A stretch of 32,000 nt of DNA from Aeropyrum pernix K1 (lineage in GTDB: Archaea > Thermoproteota > Thermoprotei_A > Sulfolobales > Acidilobaceae), in the NCBI RefSeq assembly GCF_000011125.1, contig NC_000854.2, forward strand, positions 1,110,001-1,142,000. Direction: 5' to 3'. Shown here piece after piece: positions 15,820 through 24,483 of the stretch (position 1 is the first letter of the stretch; every line of letters starts with the position of its first letter). The translations under genes and the position numbers were made by a program. The notes below the pieces were generated by a model, which made no database searches, had not been told where the DNA came from, and saw only the letters and a program-made list of their open reading frames with translations.

Positions 15820-16215
15820 ATGGTGTATTACGAGGGGGATGGTGGGTCTACGGTGGGTCTGAATGTCAGTGGTGTGGGAGTTATAACCCTGGTCTGCTCA
15901 AAATGCAATTTTAAGCTCTACTGGTATGTTATAGGGGATAAGAGCAATAGAAACAAGTTCAGCGGCCCCCCAGTGCCGTCTAAGGCTCTCGCGGGCTATG
16001 ATAAAGCTCAGTGCCCTAGATGTGAGGCCCCGCTCAGCGTTGCCAGGCCCCGGAAGATAGAGATAATGACGAGGGACGAGTTTGAGGAGGAGTATGTTGT
16101 TACCAAGTTTGAGGTCCTGAGGAGGACGACGCTTGTCGAGGAGCATATAAGGAGGCAGATCGAGCCGACGGCAGCGGTTGATGCCGGGGAAGCTACTTCA
16201 AGCCTCAACTTCTAA
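15820..16215 (+). CDS. zinc-ribbon hypothetical protein
   Basis: 131 aa with an ATG start. CSKCNF...(40 aa)...CPRCEAPL forms a CxxC/CxxC pair, followed by a charged C-terminal helix region. Confidence 0.5.
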   Translation: MVYYEGDGGSTVGLNVSGVGVITLVCSKCNFKLYWYVIGDKSNRNKFSGPPVPSKALAGYDKAQCPRCEAPLSVARPRKIEIMTRDEFEEEYVVTKFEVLRRTTLVEEHIRRQIEPTAAVDAGEATSSLNF

Positions 16216-16859
16216 ATCACACTTATATGCTTTTTAACCTCGTCCAACATCTCCATATACGTCGCTTTCCCACATCCTTCCCTATAGTATCTTTTAGCGA
16301 GATCTCGGAACCTCTCACTCCTCACCAAGCCTAGCAGGCTCGGAACCCTTCTAGATATGCCGGATACGAGTTTAACCACGTTTCCGCACCCGCTGGAGGC
16401 GGAGTCGTAGTCTATTATCAACGCCTTTCTAGGGTTAAACAACACGTTTCTCCAAGGCCTATGCAGCTCTCCGTGGAGTATGCCGGCGTTGTCCAAAGCC
16501 CAGGCAGCCTCTATGGAGGCCAGTATATGTTGCGGGGTCAGAAGCCCTTCCTCCGCGAGGTCCTGCAGGCTAGGGCCTAGTGCGGGCGCCATAGCTATAA
16601 ACTCCTCACCGTAGCCGTACACCTCCGGCGCGGCTCCGGCGAGGGCTGCTTTCTCAGCAACTCTGGCCTCAGGCTCTAGGCTACCCCTCCTGGAGTCCCT
16701 CCTCCTAACCTTCAAAGCCGCTGCTACACCCCTCCACTCTACAAGCAGCACCACGCCCGCATGCCCCTTACCAAGCAGCCCGCACACCCTCTCTACACCT
16801 GCATCCTCAAGCACAGCAGCTATCCAGCAGCCTCCTCGCGGTGGGTAGCAGGACTGCAT
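16212..16859 (-). CDS. small atypical protein-kinase-fold protein (RIO/Bud32-like, COG2112-type)
   Basis: Motifs LGKGHAGVVLLV (Gly loop), AALKVRR (VAIK Lys), HGELHRPWRNVLF (catalytic loop with Glu instead of Asp) and IIDYDSA. The ATG at 16859 shares one base with the cca TGA (TGATG). The track start at 16961 is probably an artefact. Confidence 0.65.
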   Translation of the reverse strand: MQSCYPPRGGCWIAAVLEDAGVERVCGLLGKGHAGVVLLVEWRGVAAALKVRRRDSRRGSLEPEARVAEKAALAGAAPEVYGYGEEFIAMAPALGPSLQDLAEEGLLTPQHILASIEAAWALDNAGILHGELHRPWRNVLFNPRKALIIDYDSASSGCGNVVKLVSGISRRVPSLLGLVRSERFRDLAKRYYREGCGKATYMEMLDEVKKHISVI

Positions 16860-18256
16860 CAGCTCCTGCAGCCCCCCAACACATGTCGAAGCCAAGGAGG
16901 AGTGGGGTCTCGAAGCGCCTCCAGATAGCTGGGGAAACCGCAGGGGCCAGTCGACGGGCATGTTACCACCTTATATGATCTAGTGCCGGGTGGTAGGGGT
17001 AGCGTAGCCAACGCTCTCTCTACATCGCCCGCCGCGCTGCCTGTGTATGGCCTGGCCCCGGACAGGCGGCCATCGTCCCCTATCCAAACCCAACCCCCCT
17101 CGCCAAGCCTCTTCTCCGTGAAGCGGGCGGCCCTCTCCCTCTCCCATGGAGGAGGCCCGAGCCTACCCTCTATGGGGTATCTAGAGGGGGACTCCATATG
17201 TATGTATACAGCCGCCTCCAGAGCCTCGTCAGTGTAGAAGGAGTATGAGAGGGCCGGGTAACCCCGGGCCTTGGTAGCCCTGTATAGCCTCTCCCCGAGC
17301 CTCTTAAGACGGCCCCACACGGAATCTGGAGGGTGGTCTGAATAGTTGCCGCTCATCAACACCATAACACCTGGAAGTGTCCGGCGGCAGGGCTCGCCGG
17401 GCTGGAGGGCGTGGAAGAATGTTGGCGACGGTTTCCTCAGGAAGATGTTGGCGGCGTGGACAAGCTCGGCAAGCCTCTTGGGAGTGACGGAGGCTGCGGT
17501 GTTCCTCGAGGGGTCCACCGGGTCTGGGACTATGATGGGGGAGTCTGGATACCTCCTGGCCAGCATGTCGAGGTCGGCTTTACCACTGGTTGTGTCTACC
17601 ATGACAGGCGGTCTCCAGGAGGAGGCGGCCTTAACTGTCTCCTCGAAGCCACCATGATGTATTATCAACACCTCGGCCAGGTAGCCTGAGAACCCGCCTA
17701 CACGAGTCTCAGCCCCGTATACCCCAATCCCCTTGAGGAAAGACTTGAACAGTAGTATATCGTCAACAAGCCAAGGCCTCTCCTCCAGCCTGCTCCTCAC
17801 GTACCTCGTGTGGAACGGCGTCCTCTCAACCCCTACTGCATCCCTCGGGTCTACAGCCAGCGGTGCGGGAACAACGTCGGCCTGCATGCCCATGAGGGAG
17901 ACCGTCGCGTAGGGGTGCTCGCTGTACTTGAAATAATATGGTAGCCTACCCCCTAGGCACGACCTGAGAAGACTCTCCCCCAGCCTCCTGACTTCCTCTC
18001 GGGGCGCGTCGAGGAGGAGGAATACGTCTACCTCCCACTTGTCTCTCAGCAGAGTCCCCTTAGCCGCGCTCCCCACAAGTTCAACCCTATATGAGGGTAT
18101 GGAGAGCCTGAGGTCCTCGCACTCCTCCAGAGCCCGTGCCACAAGGGAGTAGAGCCTACCAAGCATGGAAAACTGGAGCCTAGTAGGCCTTATCCTCTCG
18201 AGAACCCTACTCCTCAGGTCCTCAGGTAGAACTGATTCCCCGCTAGCGCCTCTCAA
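16859..18256 (-). CDS. cca: CCA-adding enzyme (archaeal class I tRNA nucleotidyltransferase)
   Basis: 465 aa. The motif VELVGSAAKGTLLRDKWEVDVFLL is the class I nucleotidyltransferase signature. RTPFHTRYV is also present, and length and layout fit. Confidence 0.85.
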   Translation of the reverse strand: MRGASGESVLPEDLRSRVLERIRPTRLQFSMLGRLYSLVARALEECEDLRLSIPSYRVELVGSAAKGTLLRDKWEVDVFLLLDAPREEVRRLGESLLRSCLGGRLPYYFKYSEHPYATVSLMGMQADVVPAPLAVDPRDAVGVERTPFHTRYVRSRLEERPWLVDDILLFKSFLKGIGVYGAETRVGGFSGYLAEVLIIHHGGFEETVKAASSWRPPVMVDTTSGKADLDMLARRYPDSPIIVPDPVDPSRNTAASVTPKRLAELVHAANIFLRKPSPTFFHALQPGEPCRRTLPGVMVLMSGNYSDHPPDSVWGRLKRLGERLYRATKARGYPALSYSFYTDEALEAAVYIHMESPSRYPIEGRLGPPPWERERAARFTEKRLGEGGWVWIGDDGRLSGARPYTGSAAGDVERALATLPLPPGTRSYKVVTCPSTGPCGFPSYLEALRDPTPPWLRHVLGGCRS

Positions 18257-18276
18257 CTCCCGCGCCCCAGCCGCCT

Positions 18277-18849
18277 CTAGACCCGTCCCGAGGAGGCTGC
18301 CTTGACCTCGTAGAGCGTCTTGTATATCGGCCCCTGCCTTGTGAGTATGCTCTGTTTAAGCCTTATACTGGAAACCTCAACGCTCCCTACCTCAACGTCT
18401 CCCATTTCCCTCAGCAGCTTCACAAGGGCTGGAAGGTTCCTCGCCCCCTTGATCCTGGCCAGTGTCACGTGGGGGTGGAACTCCTGCTTCTCAGGGCTGA
18501 AGCCCATGCTGGTCAGGATCCTCTCAACCTCATCCCTTATCCTCCGGAGCTCCCCTGCGCCACCGCCAACCCCGACCCACACTACCCTGGGTCTATCGGG
18601 CCTGGGGAAAGCTCCCAGCCCCCTAAGCTCTATCCTAAACCTCTCGAACCTAATCGATGCTAACCGCTCCCCGATCTCCGCCGCCACAGGCTCGCTCACT
18701 TCCCCTATAAACCTCAGGGTTATATGGAAGTTTTCATCCTCAACAGTCTTCATAGGAACCCCTGTATGGGCTATGGAGTCCCGGAGCCTAGCCAGCCTTC
18801 CAACCACTATCGGGTCCTCTATGTCAACGGCGATAAAAACCCTAACCAA
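18277..18849 (-). CDS. thpR: RNA 2',3'-cyclic phosphodiesterase (2H family, LigT/ThpR)
   Basis: 190 aa with two HxTx motifs, HITLRFIG and HVTLAR. Confidence 0.9.
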   Translation of the reverse strand: MVRVFIAVDIEDPIVVGRLARLRDSIAHTGVPMKTVEDENFHITLRFIGEVSEPVAAEIGERLASIRFERFRIELRGLGAFPRPDRPRVVWVGVGGGAGELRRIRDEVERILTSMGFSPEKQEFHPHVTLARIKGARNLPALVKLLREMGDVEVGSVEVSSIRLKQSILTRQGPIYKTLYEVKAASSGRV

Positions 18850-18972
18850 GGCCTAGCCCCAATGGTTAACACCAGGGCCCCCGAGGATTTTATCCGCAAA
18901 CCAGGCCTGGGCCCAGGATGACCTAGCTTATCCCTTTGGGAGGCAAAAATAAGCCTGTGGGTCCCTGGTGCG

Positions 18973-21054
18973 TTGCGTCGGCGCGGCTCCAGCGGTAGGG
19001 GTAGGTGCTTCAAGCCGGCGGCATTCATCGCCGTGGTTGCTGAGAAGCCTAAGGCGGCTGCTAAGATAGCCTATGCCCTGTCAGACGGCCGGGGTGTCCT
19101 GAGGTGTAGCGAGTACGGAGTACCCTACTGGATAGTCCGCAGGGATGGAGCCGCCATAGTAGTCGCTCCCTCAGCGGGCCACCTCTTCGGCCCCCACACA
19201 GACTCTAGGGGCTTCCCCGTGTTCGACTTCGAGTGGCGCCCTATCTTCGAGTTCGACAGGGGAGCGGGGTACCTCTCCAAGTTCTACCGCATGCTTTCAA
19301 GAATACTGCCCGGCGCTAGCCTCTACGTTAACGCCTGCGACTACGACATCGAGGGCAGCGTTATAGGTTTCAAAATAATAGAGGCCTTCGGAGACGTAAA
19401 CAGGGCTAGGAGGATGAAGTTCTCGACACTAGCCCCGCAGGACATTAGGAGGGCCTACGCCAGGATGGAAAGGCTGGATGTCGAGATGATAGAGGCGGGT
19501 ATGGCTAGGAGCGAGATGGACTGGCTCTGGGGTATCAACGTGTCGAGGGCCCTCATGGAAGCTGCCAGGAGGGCGGCGGGCAGGAGGGTCATACTTAGCG
19601 CCGGGAGGGTGCAGAGCCCCACTCTTGTAGAGGCCTACAGGAGGTGGAGGGAGATAAACCTCCACGTCCCCAAGGCTTCTGTCGCGGTGAAGATAACCGC
19701 CGAGAAGGGTGGAGGCGTTTTCGACGCCAGGCCGCACGGCTGGAAGCCCCAATCCCTCGAGACAGCCAGATCTATAAAGAGCGAGCTCAGGAAAAACCCC
19801 TGGCTAGCCGTGGAGGAGGTTAGGAGTGAGAGGAGCATCCTGAGGCCCCCTCCCGCGTTTAACCTGGGCGACCTGCAGAAGGAGGCTAATAGGATACTGG
19901 GTCTGCCGCCCCTCAGGACGCAAAGCATAGCTGAGGAGCTCTACCTGGAAGCCCTCATAAGCTATCCACGCACCAACAGCCAGAAGCTCCCTCCCTCCAT
20001 AAACTACAGGGCCATACTGGACAAGCTGGCCCATGGACCTCTAGGCAGGGAGGCGAGGGAGCTTCTGAAGGAGACGGGAGGCGTGCTGAGGCCTGTCCAG
20101 GGATCTAAAGACGACCCAGCCCACCCGGCGATACACCCGACGGGTGAGAAGCCTAGCCAGCGCCTCTCTAAGGAGCATATGGCTGTTTACGAGCTCATAG
20201 TTCGGAGGTTCCTGGCAGCGTTCAGCAGGGAAGCAATAGTTAGCAAGTCGTCAGTGCTGCTGAGAGACTTCCAGGGGAGGGTCTGGAGGGCTGAGGGTCT
20301 GAGGGTTGAGGACCTCGGCTGGCTCAAGTACTACCACTACAGCACGCCGGGCGAGAAGCCTATGCCCCCTCTAGACAGGGGTGATAAGGCTAGGGTTGTC
20401 AGGGTCGATGTCAGGGTGGAGTGGAGCCAGACGCCGGTGAGGCTGGACAAGGCAAGCCTGCTCAGATGGATGGAAAGTGTAAACATAGGTACTGAGGGCA
20501 CAAGAGCTAGGATTATTGAGACTCTCTACAAGAGAGGCTATCTTGAGGGGTCTAGGAAGTCCGAAGTGACACCCCTAGGGGAAGCAGTGGCCGTCATAAT
20601 CCAGACCCTATTCCCAGAGCTCTCCAAGCCGGACCTAACCAGGAGGTTCGAATCCATGATCGAAGACATCCGCAGCGGCCGTAGAACCAGGCAGGAGGTC
20701 ATAGATATGTCGAAGAAAACAATCTCGAAACTCCTGGAGAGCTTCCTAGACAGGCTCGACACCGCCGTCAGGGAGATAGGCGTCTCCCTAGGCAGCGTAG
20801 AGGTGGAGGCCGCCTGCCACCTATGCGGTAGGAAGGCTGTTTCGGCGGTAAGTGGCTACAGACTCTGCAGCCACCATATGGAGGCGTTCGATAGGCTTAG
20901 AAAGGCCCTACCTAATCTTGCCTCGACAATATCCTCGACCCCTAGGGAGGCCCTGGAGGCCATAGCCAGGGGCAGGTCCAGGGCGGGGGCCTGGGTGAGA
21001 GATGTGGCGGCCCTGGCGCTGAGAGACGACGGGCTGTACAAAGCCCTATTGTGA
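18973..21054 (+). CDS. topA: type IA DNA topoisomerase
   Basis: Toprim N-terminus VVAEKPKAAAKIAYAL, DYDIEG, active-site Tyr context ISYPRTNS, and a C-terminal Cys/His cluster CHLCG...CSHH. The start is uncertain: TTG at 18973 or GTG at 19033. Confidence 0.85.
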   Translation: MRRRGSSGRGRCFKPAAFIAVVAEKPKAAAKIAYALSDGRGVLRCSEYGVPYWIVRRDGAAIVVAPSAGHLFGPHTDSRGFPVFDFEWRPIFEFDRGAGYLSKFYRMLSRILPGASLYVNACDYDIEGSVIGFKIIEAFGDVNRARRMKFSTLAPQDIRRAYARMERLDVEMIEAGMARSEMDWLWGINVSRALMEAARRAAGRRVILSAGRVQSPTLVEAYRRWREINLHVPKASVAVKITAEKGGGVFDARPHGWKPQSLETARSIKSELRKNPWLAVEEVRSERSILRPPPAFNLGDLQKEANRILGLPPLRTQSIAEELYLEALISYPRTNSQKLPPSINYRAILDKLAHGPLGREARELLKETGGVLRPVQGSKDDPAHPAIHPTGEKPSQRLSKEHMAVYELIVRRFLAAFSREAIVSKSSVLLRDFQGRVWRAEGLRVEDLGWLKYYHYSTPGEKPMPPLDRGDKARVVRVDVRVEWSQTPVRLDKASLLRWMESVNIGTEGTRARIIETLYKRGYLEGSRKSEVTPLGEAVAVIIQTLFPELSKPDLTRRFESMIEDIRSGRRTRQEVIDMSKKTISKLLESFLDRLDTAVREIGVSLGSVEVEAACHLCGRKAVSAVSGYRLCSHHMEAFDRLRKALPNLASTISSTPREALEAIARGRSRAGAWVRDVAALALRDDGLYKALL

Positions 21055-21087
21055 GTCCGCCTCCGCCCAATGTGCAGGGGGTGTGGC

Positions 21088-21570
21088 CTAGGAGTACAAG
21101 CTCTCTAGGAGTATCTTCACTATGCCTATATATGGTATCTTCACAGGGATCCCGGACACCTCAAAAACCTTGCCCAGTATGGCGTCCTCGGGGATGCCCA
21201 CGCTGTAGCCCACGCCCTCTATTGCGACGGGGCTGCACCTGACGGGGTCGCCCATGTCTGTTATTGGGTTGTTGTCGCCCTTCACCACGTAGCACTCAAA
21301 ACCGCTTTCACTCTGGTACACGGCGATGATCCTATGTATTATAAGTCTGTCGCCCTTCCTGTAGACCACAATATCTCCTACGCTATAATCGCCTTTGTCA
21401 ATAATGACAACCAGATCCCCGCTGTGGAGTATGGGCTCCATGCTCCTCCCCTGAACTACTGCGAAGCCGGCCCCGAATACGACGCCTGCTACGTAGAGCA
21501 TAACTGTCACTACTATAAGGAGGGTTGACACGAGCTGCAGAGTCTTGGCAAGCCTAGAAGCTGACGGCAC
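21088..21570 (-). CDS. signal peptidase I (archaeal/Sec11 type, S26B)
   Basis: N-terminal TM helix, then VVQGRSMEPILHSGDLVVI (catalytic Ser), IIHRII and VKGDNNPITD. Confidence 0.8.
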   Translation of the reverse strand: MPSASRLAKTLQLVSTLLIVVTVMLYVAGVVFGAGFAVVQGRSMEPILHSGDLVVIIDKGDYSVGDIVVYRKGDRLIIHRIIAVYQSESGFECYVVKGDNNPITDMGDPVRCSPVAIEGVGYSVGIPEDAILGKVFEVSGIPVKIPYIGIVKILLESLYS

Positions 21571-21679
21571 TACTCTGCCCCCGCATCCCCAAACTATCCA
21601 GCAATCTGGAGGGTTTCAAACAGCCTTAACATCTATTATTCTCCCCTATAGTACCAAGCTAATTGTAAGGCGCGGAAGA

Positions 21680-22369
21680 ATGGGTAGCATTGAGATCAGC
21701 GTAGAGGAGCCCCTGCTGAAGCTTGGTGTCAGGCTTGTCTACAGGGTTTTCGACGGCGTGTCGGTAGGAGAGTCGCCTGGAGAGCTTGTCGAGATTCTTA
21801 GATCTGTTGAGGACGAGACTAAGAGGCTTTTCAGAGGTCCCGAGGCTCTGAAGGACGATCCCAGGGTTAAGGCCTATAGGAGGTTCCTGTGGAGGCTAGG
21901 CATAGATCCTACTAAGGTTAGGCCTAGCAGCGAGGCTCTAGCCCGCAGGGTTTTAAGGGGCTCTAGTATACCTCTCATAAACAATGTTGTTGACGCCGGA
22001 AACATCGCCAGCCTCAAGACCTTGGTTCCTATAGGGCTCTACGATCTCGACACTGTAAAGCCTCCCCTCAAGCTCGCCCTCAGCCGTGGAGGCGAGGTGT
22101 TCGAGCCTATAGGCGGGAAGCACCAGAGCCTCCCACAAGGCTACCCCATACTGGTTGACTCGCGGGGTCTGGTTATGCACATCTACCCCCATAGAGATTC
22201 TAGGGTGTCGATGATAACATCGTCGACCAGAAGGGTGCTCGCTGTTGCGGCGGGTGTTGAGGGGGTTGGCATGGATGATCTCAGGAGGGCTATAGAGATG
22301 TTGTCCGAGCTTCTAGAGAGGTTTGCGGGTGGAGAGCCTCTTGGGCCCGCCGTTGAGGTGGGAGGATGA
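21680..22369 (+). CDS. free-standing B3/B4 domain protein (PheRS beta-subunit editing-domain homologue)
   Basis: VRPSSEALARRVLRGSSIPLINNVVDAGNIASLKTLVPIGLYDLD follows the B3_4 pattern. The ATG at 21680 is preferred. The track start at 21545 overlaps the signal peptidase gene. Confidence 0.75.
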   Translation: MGSIEISVEEPLLKLGVRLVYRVFDGVSVGESPGELVEILRSVEDETKRLFRGPEALKDDPRVKAYRRFLWRLGIDPTKVRPSSEALARRVLRGSSIPLINNVVDAGNIASLKTLVPIGLYDLDTVKPPLKLALSRGGEVFEPIGGKHQSLPQGYPILVDSRGLVMHIYPHRDSRVSMITSSTRRVLAVAAGVEGVGMDDLRRAIEMLSELLERFAGGEPLGPAVEVGG

Positions 22370-23172
22370 TGATTGACGCTGAGCAGCTTAGGAGGGTTAG
22401 TGTGAAGGTCTCCTCTGAGACTGCAGGGCTTCTCAGGGATCTAGCGTGCAGCGAGGACCTGGGCAGAGTTGTATCGGGTGAGACGACTGTAGCCGACAAG
22501 AGGGCTGAAGACTATATCTTGGATCTGCTGCGAAGAGAGCTAGGCCAAGTCCAGGTCATAAGCGAGGAGGCTGGAGGCGTGGCTTCAAAAACGTCTGACG
22601 CGCCCATAGCCCTCGTAGACCCGCTGGACGGGAGCACGAACTACCTCTCGTGCATTACATGGTGTTCTGTCAGCGTTGCATTCGCCGACCCTCGGAGCGG
22701 CGAGATTCTCGCAGGATCGGTAGCCCCCGTCTACGCCGGTATGCCGGTCTCCTTCGCACGCGGCAAGGGCTGTTATCATGGGGGGTTAAAGGTTGAAGAC
22801 CCCAGTATACGGGGGTCGATAATATCGGTCTACGTCGACGAGCCTGGGGCTATAGAGTCTGTGGCAGGCGCCATAGGCAGGTTGAAGGGTGTGAGGAGGG
22901 ACTTCAAAGTCAGGAGTCTAGGCAGCGCCGCCCTCGAGCTTGCCTACACCGCCATCGGCTATATAGCTGTGTTTGCAGACCTTAGGGCGAGGCTCCGCAA
23001 CATAGATGTGGCCGCTGCTGTCGGCGCTGTTAGAGAGTGTGGCGGAGTTGTTACCGACGCGCACGGCCAGCCTCTTAGGATCGGCGTGTGGCGCGTCGAG
23101 CGCGTGGGCAGCGTGGTGGCTTCGCTGGACGAGGCCTTAGCTAGGATTGCTGTTGGAGGCGGGAGTGGATAA
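22366..23172 (+). CDS. suhB: inositol monophosphatase / fructose-1,6-bisphosphatase family phosphatase
   Basis: Motifs VISEEAG, LVDPLDGSTNY and NIDVAAAVGAVRECGG. The ATGA start/stop overlap with the upstream gene is at 22366-22369. Confidence 0.8.
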   Translation: MMIDAEQLRRVSVKVSSETAGLLRDLACSEDLGRVVSGETTVADKRAEDYILDLLRRELGQVQVISEEAGGVASKTSDAPIALVDPLDGSTNYLSCITWCSVSVAFADPRSGEILAGSVAPVYAGMPVSFARGKGCYHGGLKVEDPSIRGSIISVYVDEPGAIESVAGAIGRLKGVRRDFKVRSLGSAALELAYTAIGYIAVFADLRARLRNIDVAAAVGAVRECGGVVTDAHGQPLRIGVWRVERVGSVVASLDEALARIAVGGGSG

Positions 23173-23202
23173 GCTTTGGACGCCGCGGCGGGAGCCAGGC
23201 CT

Positions 23203-24036
23203 ATGTGCAGTGTTTGCGGCGTCAGACCGGCTGTCTTCTACAGGAGGTTCAGCGGCCACCGGCTGTGCAGCAGGTGTATGAGGACCTCGCTCGAGAGGGG
23301 GGTCAAGAGGAGTCTCCGCGGCTCGAACGTTTTCAGGCCGGGGGTTAGCATCCTTGTCTACCCCTCTGCCACTAGCCCCCCATCTAGCCTGGCATTCGCC
23401 AGGCTAGTTGGCCTCGTTGAGAGGAGTTATGGGGGGAGAGTCTATACAGTGTTGCCCAGCTATTTTAGTGCCCGCCAAGGGCTTAACCTGCTCAAGGATG
23501 TCGTTGAGCTTGTTGAGCCGCCACCGCCGGTGGAGAGAGCTGCCGGGCGTCTTGAGGACGAGGTGTGGGCGCCCAGGCTTTTGAGATTGGAGAGGGGTTT
23601 AGCCTCCGTTTCCGCCGAGCTGTTAGGGGTTGACGCAGCGGTCCTACCCGTGTCTAGAACCGTCATAAGCATGGCTGGCCTTGAAGCCCTGATATCTTCT
23701 AGACTACACTACATGTGGGATCTTGACGTCGCAGAGGCGGGAGGCGGCAGGCCCGTTGTGCTGGGGCTTAGGAGTGTTGAGGCCGAACTCATAGCGGGGT
23801 ATGCAGCGCTAGAGAGTTTCGACGCCACGTCCAGAGTGAGGCCAAAGTATGTTTACAAGCACGTGTACAAAGCCCTGGTCACCGACGACAAGCCGGAGCT
23901 GGAGTTCAGCAGCTCCTCCACTATAAGCCTTCTGGCGCGCGCCTCGAAGATCAGTGGTTGCAAGTGTCGAGCCTGCGGCGCTCCAGTCCCATGTGGAAGC
24001 AAGTACTGCGAGGACTGCCATACTATATGGGTTTGA
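23203..24036 (+). CDS. TtuA/NcsA(CTU1)-like zinc-ribbon protein lacking the PP-loop (probable pseudoenzyme)
   Basis: N-terminal CSVCG...LCSRC and C-terminal CKCRACG...CEDC zinc ribbons are placed as in 2-thiouridine synthetases. The SGGKDS position reads YPSATSPPSS. The GH..DD..ET position reads VSRTVISMAGLEAL. The EAELIAGYAAL segment is retained. Confidence 0.5.
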   Translation: MCSVCGVRPAVFYRRFSGHRLCSRCMRTSLERGVKRSLRGSNVFRPGVSILVYPSATSPPSSLAFARLVGLVERSYGGRVYTVLPSYFSARQGLNLLKDVVELVEPPPPVERAAGRLEDEVWAPRLLRLERGLASVSAELLGVDAAVLPVSRTVISMAGLEALISSRLHYMWDLDVAEAGGGRPVVLGLRSVEAELIAGYAALESFDATSRVRPKYVYKHVYKALVTDDKPELEFSSSSTISLLARASKISGCKCRACGAPVPCGSKYCEDCHTIWV

Positions 24037-24243
24037 GAGTGCACATATATGGCTCTGGGCTCGGGAGGATAGGCGCGTGGGATGACGAGCGGGGATCCGT
24101 ATTCGTATCGTGAGTGTTGTAAGCGTGGCGTCCGGAGCCCGCCTAAGGGCTGTGACGTCGAGGGCCGGCGCTACTGACCCTGGAGTTTTCCACGTTTAAA
24201 TCCTGCTAAATCCAGATAAAGATAGTTGGTGGCTCGTGCTGTG

Positions 24244-24483
24244 ATGGCGGAAGCTATTGTCGCCTACGTTCTGATAAACGTTGACGTTGGGAAGGAGAAG
24301 GAGGTGTTGGAGGAGATTCTGAAGAGGTATGGCAGGAATGTGACGGAGGCTAGGGTCACCTACGGGGATTTCGACCTGATTGTGAGGCTGGAGGCCGGCA
24401 ACATGAGGCTCCTGGACAAGATAGTCACCGGCATCAGGAGCATACCCGGGGTTCTCAGGACTACCACCCTCATAGCCTCCTAG
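24244..24483 (+). CDS. stand-alone Lrp/AsnC ligand-binding (RAM) domain protein
   Basis: AIVAYVLINVDVGKEKEV...GDFDLIVRLEA...IRSIPGVLRTTTLI is a typical RAM domain. The track start is TTG at 24226. The 3' end overlaps the pelota 3' end by 14 nt (convergent genes). Confidence 0.75.
   Translation: MAEAIVAYVLINVDVGKEKEVLEEILKRYGRNVTEARVTYGDFDLIVRLEAGNMRLLDKIVTGIRSIPGVLRTTTLIAS

Noticed and set aside
21545-21679. 45-codon N-terminal extension of the B3/4-domain ORF overlapping the signal peptidase gene
   Set aside because: The extension is Pro/Thr/Gln-rich and antisense to the signal peptidase N-terminus. The conserved B3/4 sequence begins right after ATG 21680.
24081-24177. Possible C/D box sRNA (GATGACGA ... 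CTGA) in the 24037-24225 spacer
   Set aside because: Box C is off-consensus. No D' box lies at the expected 12-nt spacing. The C-to-D distance of about 90 nt is too long for archaeal C/D sRNAs, and the kink-turn pairing is unconvincing.
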